Shown: positions 52,682 to 62,306 of the stretch, one piece after another
How the letters are laid out: every line of letters begins with the position of its first letter
Position numbering within the stretch: the stretch's first letter is position 1
Virus record (IMG/VR): IMGVR_UViG_3300048091_000424
Direction: 5' to 3' (one strand)
From: a virus
Lineage: Duplodnaviria; Heunggongvirae; Uroviricota; Caudoviricetes
DNA length: 64,000 nt
Position numbers and translations under genes: made by a program
The notes under the pieces: model-generated
Seen by the model: only the letters and a program-made list of their open reading frames with translations
Told to the model about the DNA's origin: nothing
Database searches by the model: none

Positions 52682-53236
52682 TTACGCGCCCTGCTCAGCT
52701 GCCCGTCGCTCATCCCCTTCTCGTAGCCATTGCGCTACCGTCTCAGGGTCTTCAAGACGCATGAAGACTTTTACGTTGACCGAAGCGATGGTTTCCTTCC
52801 TGCCGAGCAGCACGTCGATAAACCATTGGCCTTTTTCGCCGTGCTTGGCCACATAGGCGGCTTCGATATCTTCAGGTACGGTCACCACCAGCCCTTCCTT
52901 TCGAGCGAACGCGAGGTTGGGATACATCGGCTCCAAGTCTTCCAAGACTCGGATGGCAACCTTCTCAAAATCACCCAGCCGCTTCCAGACTTTTACGATC
53001 ACCGATAAGTTGGCATCCTTTCTGCCGAGCAACACGTCGATGAACCCCTGGGCCTTCTCGCCGTGCTTGGCCACATATTCGGCTTCGATGTGTTCCGGCA
53101 CGGTCACCACAAGCCCTGCCACGCGAATATAGGCAAGGTTGGAAGACATGGGCGACAAGGCCTCCAACACATGGAGGGAGACCTGGGTTTCTACCGATGG
53201 AAGCTCGTCAACGCGCTGTGCAGGTACCGTATGCAT
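52682..53236 (-). CDS. Hypothetical protein made of two tandem 74-aa repeats
   Basis: aa 24-97 and 98-171 align (GLVVTVPE.IEA.YVAKHGEK.Q.FIDVLLGRK). Confidence 0.6.
   Translation of the reverse strand: MHTVPAQRVDELPSVETQVSLHVLEALSPMSSNLAYIRVAGLVVTVPEHIEAEYVAKHGEKAQGFIDVLLGRKDANLSVIVKVWKRLGDFEKVAIRVLEDLEPMYPNLAFARKEGLVVTVPEDIEAAYVAKHGEKGQWFIDVLLGRKETIASVNVKVFMRLEDPETVAQWLREGDERRAAEQGA
52724..53167 (-). repeat. Intragenic tandem duplication (2 x 222 nt)
   Basis: Derived from the protein self-alignment above. Confidence 0.6.
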
Positions 53237-53277
53237 GGGGCTCTCGAATAGTCAGTGAATGTCATTGGTGATCCGGT

Positions 53278-53712
53278 CTACAACGAAAAATCCGGATGTT
53301 CCATCTTCAGGTAAACGCTTTCGTCTATTTTTTTAACCCTGTCTTCAAGCTGCTCAAGCGTAAGAATCTCCCCCAACGGTGGGCGCATCCCCCATTTCTT
53401 GGTTTTGTGGCTGAAGCCAATGGCCGCGTAGAAGTCCCACAGCGATGCCTGAAGAAAATGGGGATCGTCGCGCCAGTCATACACGTAGTCTTCACGCTTT
53501 TTCCGCTCCGCTTCCATACGGGCAACCAGGCGTAGCGGCTCGAAAATAACTGACAGGTCTTCCGTAAAGTCACGACTGCCAAACCAACCGATACTGGTCA
53601 AGGCTCGGTAATCACTGCGATTTGGATCGGCCTCAAGCGGAAAACGATGGATCTCAAGTCCTTCGCCGATTAAGACCGTGGCCTGATACCAGTTAAATTG
53701 GCCTTTGCGCAT
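53278..53712 (-). CDS. Hypothetical protein (144 aa)
   Basis: ORF in an operon with 53723..54757. Confidence 0.55.
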   Translation of the reverse strand: MRKGQFNWYQATVLIGEGLEIHRFPLEADPNRSDYRALTSIGWFGSRDFTEDLSVIFEPLRLVARMEAERKKREDYVYDWRDDPHFLQASLWDFYAAIGFSHKTKKWGMRPPLGEILTLEQLEDRVKKIDESVYLKMEHPDFSL

Positions 53713-53722
53713 TCAACTCCCC

Positions 53723-54757
53723 TCAACGCTTTTCGAGCAACGCCCGCATCGCCACTCCAAGGTCGCAGAACTGCCCCTTGGCGCTCTCCGTACGGCCCTT
53801 AGCCCAGGCGTCAAAGACAAACGCTTCACGGTGGTAGTCTTCCAGCATACGCATGTCCCCAGAAAGCCCATAGCTCAGGCGGGATTGCTCAGCACGCTCT
53901 CCAATCTCCACCTGGTGCCGGCGTAGCGGAGTTCCGAACAGCGGCAGACCCAGCTCAATGGCCTTGGATGACCACAACATGTCGTATTGGGTGATGATCA
54001 GTGGTGCAGCCTCGGCAATCGACTCAATGCTGTACCCATCGGTGAAGGCTTCCTCAGGGGAAATCATGACAAACCCATCACCCCACAGCGACTGCCCCTT
54101 TTCCATCAGCTCAGGGGTGTTCACATGCCGGGTGTCCCAGATCGCCAGCACCTGACCTTTGAAGTCCTTCTTGCCGACGCCCGCCAAATCCGGAGCAACT
54201 CGCAGGATCAACCCGGTACGATCACGGTCGAGGCTTTTGGCTGCAAAAACGACGCCGGGCTTGTCGATGAGCTGACCCGCAGTTCTCCCTGTGATGTTGT
54301 GTAGCCAATGCTCCAGCTCTGGGAATGAGGACTCCTTCGGCCAGTCTTTCACATCAGCAATCAATTGACTGTCACCGACCTGAATCACTCTGATGTTTTC
54401 CAGGACAGCCACCAGCATGGCGCTGTGGGCGCCGGAGGCCACAATGGCATCAGGCTTGAGTTTGCGCAGGAGTACAGACCAGGATTGATAAATGGTCTGC
54501 CGAAGGGTCGGATCCGTCCAGCCAGCGTTGTGCAGGTGGCGCCAAGGGCCTTCTGCGACGTGATTGGTTTGGATCTTGACCGTTACGGTTGAATAGACCT
54601 TGTCAACCCAGGTCAGGTCGACATCCGGGAGGTTGTTGTTAGTCGCCAGGATGATTCTGACGCCTTCGAACTGAGCCCTCAGCGCCTGCGCACAACACTT
54701 AAGCTGGTGCAGGGATTGCTGAGCAGGGCCCTGTTCGTAGATGAACAATACACGCAT
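53723..54757 (-). CDS. GT-B-fold glycosyltransferase-like protein (GT1/MGT-like?)
   Basis: MRVLFIY N-terminus, KPDAIVASGAHSA, C-terminal ...SSKAIELGLPLFGTPLRRHQVEIGERAE resembles the nucleotide-sugar binding region of GT1 enzymes. Confidence 0.45.
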   Translation of the reverse strand: MRVLFIYEQGPAQQSLHQLKCCAQALRAQFEGVRIILATNNNLPDVDLTWVDKVYSTVTVKIQTNHVAEGPWRHLHNAGWTDPTLRQTIYQSWSVLLRKLKPDAIVASGAHSAMLVAVLENIRVIQVGDSQLIADVKDWPKESSFPELEHWLHNITGRTAGQLIDKPGVVFAAKSLDRDRTGLILRVAPDLAGVGKKDFKGQVLAIWDTRHVNTPELMEKGQSLWGDGFVMISPEEAFTDGYSIESIAEAAPLIITQYDMLWSSKAIELGLPLFGTPLRRHQVEIGERAEQSRLSYGLSGDMRMLEDYHREAFVFDAWAKGRTESAKGQFCDLGVAMRALLEKR

Positions 54758-54783
54758 GATCCAACCTCTTAGTCTGTTGCCAT

Positions 54784-54802
54784 CATACGCGATAAATTGA
54801 CA
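54784..54802 (-). promoter_or_regulatory. Recurrent motif TGTCAATTTA followed by TCGCGTATGAT (minus strand)
   Basis: Exact 10-mer; 27 nt upstream of start 54757; the -10-like element is less clear. Confidence 0.4.
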
Positions 54803-54841
54803 GGTTAACCAGGTTGCGAGTTAACCGTGTTGCTTTGCCTT

Positions 54842-55252
54842 TTAAGCTGTGCGCCGCTCACTGGTTTTAGGAATGTCCTTCAACGGATATTTCTCGGACA
54901 ACACCGCTGGAGCGAGACTCAACAACTTAAGGATCGTATGCAGGCTCTTGTAGTCCCAGACCAGGTTGACATCATGGTTGGGGGTTTCCATGCAGGTTAC
55001 GCCTACCATTGCAGCCGACTCTTGGGCCGTTCCAGCGTTCTCAAGCATCAATAGAGTGCTGAATTTCGCTTTCAGATCCTTGTGCAGCATCTTGGCCATG
55101 TCGACTGACAAGTTCGCCGCCGTCACGTCATGAACCTGCTTGTAAGGGTTTTCCACTTTGATGACAGCAATCGGGCCATTTGCCGTGGGTACCGGCCACA
55201 ACAACGTCGCCGTAACGCCGACCTTAGTAGGCACACGATATTCTTTGGTCAT
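54842..55252 (-). CDS. Hypothetical protein (136 aa)
   Basis: Track ORF 54842..55390; internal ATG 55252 avoids overlap with the upstream gene. Confidence 0.5.
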   Translation of the reverse strand: MTKEYRVPTKVGVTATLLWPVPTANGPIAVIKVENPYKQVHDVTAANLSVDMAKMLHKDLKAKFSTLLMLENAGTAQESAAMVGVTCMETPNHDVNLVWDYKSLHTILKLLSLAPAVLSEKYPLKDIPKTSERRTA

Positions 55253-55338
55253 GGCAATAGCGATCCTGAATAATTGAGAGTTACATGCATACACAGACAC
55301 GAGCAAAAACGAACCAGGCCCCTTCGGGGAAGGATCGA

Positions 55339-56277
55339 CTAGTTGAAGTATACGGGGTACCAGACCTGCCGGCCATAGTCGAAATTCCACTTCTGCCTTA
55401 ATTCAACCGTGTCTGCAGCATTTATATACGAAGGGCCCGTGGCGTCGACTATCAAGTAGCGTTTTCCGTCTTTGATGTAGGCCAATTCGTCAGGAACTTC
55501 AGGCATTTCTACCGCCGAGACGATGTGTTCTTTGTCCGGCAAAAGCACCAAAAATACCGAGCGGTTCGGATACATCTTTTTTAACAAACCGGCCATGTAG
55601 ACCTGTTTGCTCTCGCAATCCCCTTGCTTCTCCACCAGCATTCGGATGGGCGTCAGCATGCCAAACTCGTTGTTCTGAAGGGCGTCGTAAGGGATCGACT
55701 GGAGAAAATTGAGCCGGTCGTTGATCATCTGCGATTGCGTTTTACCGGGGTCTCGCCGCTGAAAGAACTGATGGGTGACACCTATGATGTCGGCATAGTC
55801 GAGGATGATGTCCTCGTAGTTGATGATCAGCTCTTTCAGCTCCTGGTCATAACGGTAGTAGGTGATCGGGCGCAGCTCGTCGAACGCGCCATCGATGTAA
55901 GCTTTGACCTTGAGATAGGCCTCCTTGGCCATGGCTTCACTGCCCTCCCTGTAGGTGTAACTGATCTCGTAGGATTCGCCAAAGGTTCTGAGACTCACTT
56001 GCACATCAGCCGAAGAGAGTTGCTGGGACAGGATCTTGGCTTCGTCCATGACCTTATCTCGCAATTGTTCATGGCCATACATGTCTCGGCCAGCTGTCAT
56101 GGCTATGCGCATCCTGGACTCACCGATAGTAAGGCCAAAATGCTGCGTCTCCCCCGCCTCGTCTTTCCACCAGTGCTCTAGGTAGTAAGGCTCTGCCTGA
56201 CTGTGGCCAGCGAAGACCAAGTTGATTACTAGGGGCAAAAGGAGTTTCGTGAAGTGTCGGCGCATGATAATAGACAA
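55339..56277 (-). CDS. Secreted protein, possible transglutaminase-like cysteine peptidase
   Basis: Signal peptide ...LVFAGHSQA; ordered GDCES ... EHIVSAV ... IVDATG resembles a Cys-His-Asp triad. Confidence 0.45.
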   Translation of the reverse strand: MSIIMRRHFTKLLLPLVINLVFAGHSQAEPYYLEHWWKDEAGETQHFGLTIGESRMRIAMTAGRDMYGHEQLRDKVMDEAKILSQQLSSADVQVSLRTFGESYEISYTYREGSEAMAKEAYLKVKAYIDGAFDELRPITYYRYDQELKELIINYEDIILDYADIIGVTHQFFQRRDPGKTQSQMINDRLNFLQSIPYDALQNNEFGMLTPIRMLVEKQGDCESKQVYMAGLLKKMYPNRSVFLVLLPDKEHIVSAVEMPEVPDELAYIKDGKRYLIVDATGPSYINAADTVELRQKWNFDYGRQVWYPVYFN

Positions 56278-56365
56278 CGATCTAATATTGGGCGTGTTCG
56301 CCAGATACTTAGATTATCTCAATACGAGACTGACAATACACATGAATTGTTAGTTTGCTCGGTGG

Positions 56366-56392
56366 ATAAAAACCCCGGCCAGGCCGGGTTTC
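56366..56392 (-). terminator. Rho-independent terminator (minus strand)
   Basis: CCCGG/CCGGG hairpin, followed on the minus strand by TTTTT. Confidence 0.7.
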
Positions 56393-56415
56393 GTAGTTTT
56401 TAACCGGTCAGACGG

Positions 56416-57733
56416 TTAAGGCGCCGTACCATCCCAGTAATGCAGCGGCACCTTCGGCCCTGTGGAGGCCAACCAGCCTGTTCTCCCGCCAATCAAGGTC
56501 GTCACCGCATGGTTGCGCACAAACCCGACGTGCTGGGCCGCCAGCAACGCTGCGTCGCGAATAAGCGGTGTAATCGAGCTCGCGGACTGGAAAAGCGGCG
56601 TCAAATGACGACTGGCGGACTGGTAATACCCGAGGTGCTTGCGGCGGTACTTGGAGTATTGCGCAAAAATCGCGGGCCAGTGCAACACTTGGGGCTCCTC
56701 CGCGATCTCGCGTTCGATGATGACCTCGGCAATAGACATGGCGTCCACCAGGCCCATGTTGGCGCCCTGCCCCAGTTGTGGGCTCATCGAGTGCGCACAA
56801 TCACCGATGGCCAACACCCTGCCGCAATGCCAGCCAGGCATCTCGATGTCGGTGTAGGTGGCCAGGGAAAATTGATCCTCCGACTGCAATTGCTCCAACA
56901 AGGGATTGACGTGGGTGCCCACCAGGGCTCTGACGTCGCGCTTCCAACCGTCCAGTGACCCACTCGACCCAAAGAGGCCGTGGCCGTATTCAACAGGTCG
57001 GCTCCAAAACAGGCTGCACAGCCGCTGCGTGTTATTGGCAGCTTCGCCTATCGGCATGATTCCAAACATCTGCCGGCTCTGCTTGTACCATTGGCGCAGA
57101 ACGCTTTCGTTCAGGCGGTCTGGCAGCTCGACCGTCGCCCACAAGGCACCCCCACGTATAAGGCTTCGCCCGGTGCTGGATTGATGACTTGTATTGCAGC
57201 GTGGAGTTACGCCCGCTTGCGAGGATCAACGCGTCGTATTCGGATGAAATCTGCCGGGTTGCAACGATGCTGTCTAACACGGATTGGCTGGCCGGGGACG
57301 GATTGCGCTCCGTAAGCGTGATCTCGATCACTTCAGCACTGACAAAATCACTGACATTAACCCCGAAGAAGAACTTCACGCCGCAGCGCTTGGCTTCTTC
57401 ATACAACACCTCGAGGAGAACACTGCGATGAATGCCCAGGCCGTGTGCCCCACGCTTCCAGTGTTCATACCGGGTATCGAGAATCAGTCGCTCACCGAGC
57501 TTGGAAGTGCCCAGCACGCCCTTGAGTGGAGCGCCCTTCCTCAGGCATTGATCCAACAGCCCCAATTCGTGAAGAACAGCCATCCCGGACGGTTGCAACA
57601 TGATTCCTGAACCGACCGCCTCGAGCGTAGATGCCCGCTCAAGGACATGAACTTCCAGGCCTGAACGTTTGAGGAAAATTGACGTGGCAATCCCTGCCAC
57701 CCCAGCGCCAACAACTGCTATGGCCATACGCAT
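56416..57733 (-). pseudogene. FAD-dependent monooxygenase interrupted by a +1 frameshift
   Basis: N-terminal ORF (57032..57733) has VVGAGVAGIATS; C-terminal ORF (56416..57144) has IGDCAHSMSPQLGQGANMGLVDA; frames meet at a run of five C at 57149..57153. Confidence 0.7.
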
Positions 57734-57781
57734 TCCTTTTCGGGGGATCTGATCGCGTCTAAATTACACAGATTTGCGGAA

Positions 57782-57812
57782 ACAAAAAAGCCCGGACATG
57801 TCCGGGCTTCTC
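57782..57812 (-). terminator. Rho-independent terminator after the TerD gene
   Basis: AGCCCGGAC-at-GTCCGGGCT, with TTTTTT on the minus strand. Confidence 0.85.
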
Positions 57813-57827
57813 TGACGACGAGCGTGA

Positions 57828-58421
57828 TTACAGCGCGGACTTCACCGCTGCGATCATGTCAGTAACGACGTTGCCAGGGGTCGCCTTGGCCAGTGCAATG
57901 ACCTTCCAGCCGCCAGCTACACGCTCCAGCGCGGCCATAACCATCCCGGTATTGTTACCCTTCTCGGAGATGTTCATGAACGTAAGCTTGGTCTTGCGGC
58001 CCGCTTCCATGTCATAGATGGAGCAGTGGGCGTTTTCGACCTCGTTAAAGGTCTGATTACGAAACGAGTTAACTGTGAAAACCAGGTACTTGGCCCGTGG
58101 GTTCAAACGATCCAGATCGACATCGATGGTCTCGTCATCGCCGTCGCCGGCGCCGGTCAGGTTGTCACCGCCGTGACGGATGGAGCCACAGGCGCTGATC
58201 TTGTTGCGGAACCAGATCGTATCGAGCAGTTGTTTGTCGTCATCCAGCACCAAGCAGGATGCATCCAGGTCGATTTCCTTGGCTGTACCACCAAAACCAA
58301 GAAAACCTTTGGACTTCGCCGGATCCCAACCCAGGCCCATGGCGATTTTGGACAGCGGCAGGCCATTAGGCTTGGACAGGCTTACACGATCACCTTTCGA
58401 AAGACTGACTACGTTACTCAT
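57828..58421 (-). CDS. TerD-family stress protein
   Basis: VSLSKGDRVSL..., DLDASCLVLD, calcium-site motif GDNLTGAGDGDDETI. Confidence 0.9.
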   Translation of the reverse strand: MSNVVSLSKGDRVSLSKPNGLPLSKIAMGLGWDPAKSKGFLGFGGTAKEIDLDASCLVLDDDKQLLDTIWFRNKISACGSIRHGGDNLTGAGDGDDETIDVDLDRLNPRAKYLVFTVNSFRNQTFNEVENAHCSIYDMEAGRKTKLTFMNISEKGNNTGMVMAALERVAGGWKVIALAKATPGNVVTDMIAAVKSAL

Positions 58422-58479
58422 AAAAATGTTCCCTTTTTGAGAAAAGAAGCCGGCAGCAAGTGCGTGCCGGCATTAGCAG

Positions 58480-59073
58480 TTAGCCCGCGACCAGACCGAC
58501 TTCCTTCAGGACGCCCTGCAGGCCATCACGGTAACCCTGGCCGACAGCACGAACTTTCCAGGCGTTGCCTTCACGGTAGATATCGGCCATCACGACTCCG
58601 GTCTCTGGCTTGTAGTCTTCGGTGAGGGAGAAACGGATCAGGGTTTTGCCGGTGTCCATATCGTCGATATGGAACACAGCGGTGGGCACCTGACCGAAGT
58701 CGTGGCCGCGCTCTTTGGCTTCGTGGATGCTTACCACATAGCGCAAAATCGAAACGGTTTCAGGCAGGCGTGCACGCTTGAAGGTGATTTGTTCATCGTC
58801 ACCCTCACCTGCGCCGTCCAGGCTGTCCTTACCACACTTGAGGGAGCCGCACGCCGATTCCGGGTTGCCATAGAAAATGAAGTTCTTGGCGCCGTGGCAT
58901 TTGCCGTTGGCATCGAGCATCAGCACGCTGGCGTCCAGGTCGAATTTATGGCCGTTGACCGGTTCCTTTGGTGCATCCCAGCTCAAACCCACGCGCAGGT
59001 TTTGCAGATCATCGGCACGCTTGGTCAAGTCCACAAATTGGTCTTTGGAAAGATTTACGATCATATCGCTCAT
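58480..59073 (-). CDS. TerD-family stress protein
   Basis: FDLDASVLMLD, GKDSLDGAGEGDDEQI. Confidence 0.9.
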   Translation of the reverse strand: MSDMIVNLSKDQFVDLTKRADDLQNLRVGLSWDAPKEPVNGHKFDLDASVLMLDANGKCHGAKNFIFYGNPESACGSLKCGKDSLDGAGEGDDEQITFKRARLPETVSILRYVVSIHEAKERGHDFGQVPTAVFHIDDMDTGKTLIRFSLTEDYKPETGVVMADIYREGNAWKVRAVGQGYRDGLQGVLKEVGLVAG

Positions 59074-59149
59074 GGAAATTACCCTATCAGACAGTGAATT
59101 AAATGGTGTGAATTGGCGGGGCCTAATTGCGGCCCCACCGAGTGGCCAG

Positions 59150-60175
59150 TTAGGCCGTTACCGGAGCTTTGCTCTCTTCAGCCTTTTTGTGGCGGAAGGA
59201 AGAAAAGATCGCCAGGGCAATCAAGACTGCGCCAGCCAGACCGGTGAACATCTCTGGCACGTGCATGAAGTTGTGGCAGAGCATGATTGCAGCCAGGACA
59301 CCGATGGCGTAGTGAGCGCCGTGCTCCAGGTAGACCAGTTCAGCCAGTACACCAGCACGAACCAGGTGGATCGTGATCGAACGCACGAACCAAGCGCCGA
59401 TGGCCAGACCCAGCATGATGATGATCGGGTCATTGCTCATCGCGAAGGCGCCAATCACACCGTCCAACGAGAAGGACGCATCAACGACCTCAAGATAGAG
59501 AAAACTCATGAACCCACCGCGCTTGATAGTTTCCGTCACTGCCTCGCCAGTGTCTTTGTCTTCGAAGGCGTTCTTCAGCAGACCCATCACGAAGTACAGA
59601 GCGATACCGAAGACGCCGGCGAACAAGAACGTGCCAACCTTGCCTGCTTCAATACCCATGGACACGCTAATCAGGACAACCAGGGCCACAATCGAGCTCA
59701 TCGTCTGGTGCTCGCCAAAGCGGCCCATAAGACGCTCTACGCCACCCAGCCAGTGGTGTTCTTTTTCGGAGTCGAACAGGAAGTCGAGGAAGATCATCAG
59801 CAGGAACATGCCGCCGAATGCGGTAATCGCGGTGCTCGCTTCGTCCAGGTGTTTGGAGTACGACGCGGTGTCATTGAACACCATGTTGGCCGTTTCCATG
59901 AAGCCCAGGTTGGCGGTGACTGCAACGATGAGCACCGGCAGTAGCAAACGCACGCCTACCACTGCAATCAAGATACCCAGCCAAAGGAACAGGTTCTGCC
60001 AAAAAACACTCATATTTTGGAGGATTTTAGCGTTGAACACGGCGTTATCAAAGCTCACGCTCACTTCAAGCACGCCCAGGATCGCGACGATGAAGGCACC
60101 TTCCACCCCATGGAAGTAGTAACCCAGACAAATACCGATGATGGCGACCAGCGCCGACGTCCAATAATTTCGCAT
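59150..60175 (-). CDS. TerC-family/DUF475 integral membrane protein
   Basis: ATG at 60175; multi-TM; paired motifs EVSVSFDNAVF and VDASFSLDGVIGAFA. Confidence 0.8.
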   Translation of the reverse strand: MRNYWTSALVAIIGICLGYYFHGVEGAFIVAILGVLEVSVSFDNAVFNAKILQNMSVFWQNLFLWLGILIAVVGVRLLLPVLIVAVTANLGFMETANMVFNDTASYSKHLDEASTAITAFGGMFLLMIFLDFLFDSEKEHHWLGGVERLMGRFGEHQTMSSIVALVVLISVSMGIEAGKVGTFLFAGVFGIALYFVMGLLKNAFEDKDTGEAVTETIKRGGFMSFLYLEVVDASFSLDGVIGAFAMSNDPIIIMLGLAIGAWFVRSITIHLVRAGVLAELVYLEHGAHYAIGVLAAIMLCHNFMHVPEMFTGLAGAVLIALAIFSSFRHKKAEESKAPVTA

Positions 60176-60410
60176 TGCCAAACCTCTAGTTTTAGGAAGC
60201 GAGGCGAGACACCGGTAGGAGCCCTTTCTCGACTTTTGAGTGAGTGGAGTAGCCCCGAGCATTCAATCCGATAGGATCGGTACTGGGCCAGAGCCAAACG
60301 CGAGAGGGATTATTGCGAATATTGACGACTTGTCAATACATGTGGAATGTTTTTATGGCGTTTTGATGCCAGCCTGCCGAACAGTGGTGCCCGGCAGGAG
60401 GTGCGATAGG

Positions 60411-61457
60411 TCAATCGATGTCAGACGGTGAGCGCGGATTGCGAACTCGGCGGCTGTTTGCTTCACGCTTTTTCCGGACAGATTCAAAAGCTCGCCAGAT
60501 CGACATCGCTGCCAACGTCTGAGCGCAGTTAATGCGCCTGTCGTAGCCACCTTCGTACAGTCCGTCCTCAGTGATCCGTTTCACATCACGAATCAATTTG
60601 GTATTGGGAACGATGTTCTCTTCCAGGTCGAAGGTGCCGTAGTACACCTCGCACATGCCAGAGATCATGTGGCTGTCAGGGCGCATCTCACCGATCTTTT
60701 CCAGGCCACGGAGTGGCAGGCCGGTCAATTCCTGCAAGACAATCGCGGCAGCGGTTTCACGGTTGTGCATTTTCGACGCCGGCACCCGTGGAAACTCGAG
60801 CACGTGCAGACTGTCAATTTCACTGAATCGTTCCACCATGAGGAAATGTCCATCACGTGGATCATGCATGAGAATGATCGCGGTCTTCCCGTCCGGGTAG
60901 CGCATCACGTACTGATATTTGGGCCCAACAACAATTTCAAAGCCAGGCCCCTCCAGCACCACATCGCCTGGACGGCTGGAGCGCTTCTGCCCTGCCATCG
61001 AATCATTGCCCTGCAGGCGCCTAAGGAGTGTGCTGATGCTTTGTTCGATAATGACAGTGAGGTTGGCATGGCTCTGCACCGCTGACGGTGACAAGGCCTT
61101 GTTAACGTCCTTTACACCTGGGAGGGTCATCAGGTAGCTCTCAAAGGCCACTTGAAACTGAGTGCCGATTGATTGTGCCCGTAAATACTCAATATCAAGG
61201 AGTTGCCGAAACTTGTTGAGACCACTACTCACATCGGTACGGTGCCAGGGGTGGATCTCGCACATCAGCTCCAGTAATTGGCTTAGTGATTTAAGCCAGT
61301 GTTCACCCAGGTCGGGGATCTCATAAATCGGGCTGGAGAAGAGTTGATACAACGCCGAGGAACTGAAATTATTCAGCATGAAATCAAGGCGTTCTTCAGG
61401 CGTAGCGATGGCCATCAATGTGGCTTCAGCAGATACATTTGGCATGGTTATACCCAT
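60411..61457 (-). CDS. Protein with degenerate Nudix-like domain (348 aa)
   Basis: LEFPRV-x8-RETAAAIVLQELTGL approximates the Nudix box but lacks the REx2EE glutamates. Confidence 0.4.
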   Translation of the reverse strand: MGITMPNVSAEATLMAIATPEERLDFMLNNFSSSALYQLFSSPIYEIPDLGEHWLKSLSQLLELMCEIHPWHRTDVSSGLNKFRQLLDIEYLRAQSIGTQFQVAFESYLMTLPGVKDVNKALSPSAVQSHANLTVIIEQSISTLLRRLQGNDSMAGQKRSSRPGDVVLEGPGFEIVVGPKYQYVMRYPDGKTAIILMHDPRDGHFLMVERFSEIDSLHVLEFPRVPASKMHNRETAAAIVLQELTGLPLRGLEKIGEMRPDSHMISGMCEVYYGTFDLEENIVPNTKLIRDVKRITEDGLYEGGYDRRINCAQTLAAMSIWRAFESVRKKREANSRRVRNPRSPSDID

Positions 61458-61561
61458 TCCTATTTTTCTTATTGATTTATAATGACAAAATTCACGAAGA
61501 AAACAATCTATTTGTTGTCAATTGAATGCAGAAAAAACATTAAAAAAAGATGCACCATCAA

Positions 61562-61589
61562 TTGACACACGGTAAAGGCCAGGTATACT
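61562..61589 (+). promoter_or_regulatory. Sigma70-like promoter TTGACA-N16-TATACT
   Basis: Hexamers read directly; 34 nt upstream of ATG 61623. Confidence 0.6.
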
Positions 61590-61622
61590 GACACCAAGAA
61601 CGTCAAATCTTGGAGAACGACG

Positions 61623-62288
61623 ATGAAAATCCGTAGCTTTAGTACCGCAGCTGCTGTGGTCGTGACCGTCTTGGTGGTCATCGAGATCTTTTTAGGTTTT
61701 GCTCGCAACCCATTGGATGACCGCTGGGTGGGTAAAGTCGAATTGGTGACCATTTCCAAGGTTAAGCCACTCGACGTCACCATGACCTATGAGATGCTCG
61801 ATCCAGGTTTCGTGATGAACATTCGTCCAGACGTTACCCGTCCTGGCGTGAGGATCACCTACGAAGGGCCAGATGCTGACGTCCTGCGTAAAATGAACAT
61901 CAAGCCTGAATTGTTTGCCAGCCCGGATCGGTGGAAATTCAGCCAGGGCTACTGCAACCTCCATGTCGAGAAGAAGTTGGCGTGGCAGGGAACCAGCTAC
62001 CTCGGTGGCCCAGAAGTCAACATGTACGCAATGCGTTACCAGACCGAGCCGAAAGATCCGTGCGAGACCTACGAGCTTGGCGTGGTTGACTTTAACCACC
62101 TCGACTTCAAAATCTTGCGTCCTGGTGAAGGCCAGTACAGCATGAACGGTATCAGTCTGAAAGACATGGTTCATGTGTCGCTGGAGCGTGATAGTCGCGT
62201 AAGCTTCATTCAACGGATGGTTATGCGGATGCGGTTCGGATGGTGGCTTGAACAACCAACTTTCCAGAAAGATGGTTCAAACACCTGA
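61623..62288 (+). CDS. Membrane-anchored protein, paralogue of the C-terminal domain of 44911..46038
   Basis: N-terminal TM; shared blocks MLDPGF/MIDPGY and ERDSRVSFIQR. Confidence 0.65.
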   Translation: MKIRSFSTAAAVVVTVLVVIEIFLGFARNPLDDRWVGKVELVTISKVKPLDVTMTYEMLDPGFVMNIRPDVTRPGVRITYEGPDADVLRKMNIKPELFASPDRWKFSQGYCNLHVEKKLAWQGTSYLGGPEVNMYAMRYQTEPKDPCETYELGVVDFNHLDFKILRPGEGQYSMNGISLKDMVHVSLERDSRVSFIQRMVMRMRFGWWLEQPTFQKDGSNT

Positions 62289-62306
62289 CGATTAACGTAG
62301 GTAAAC

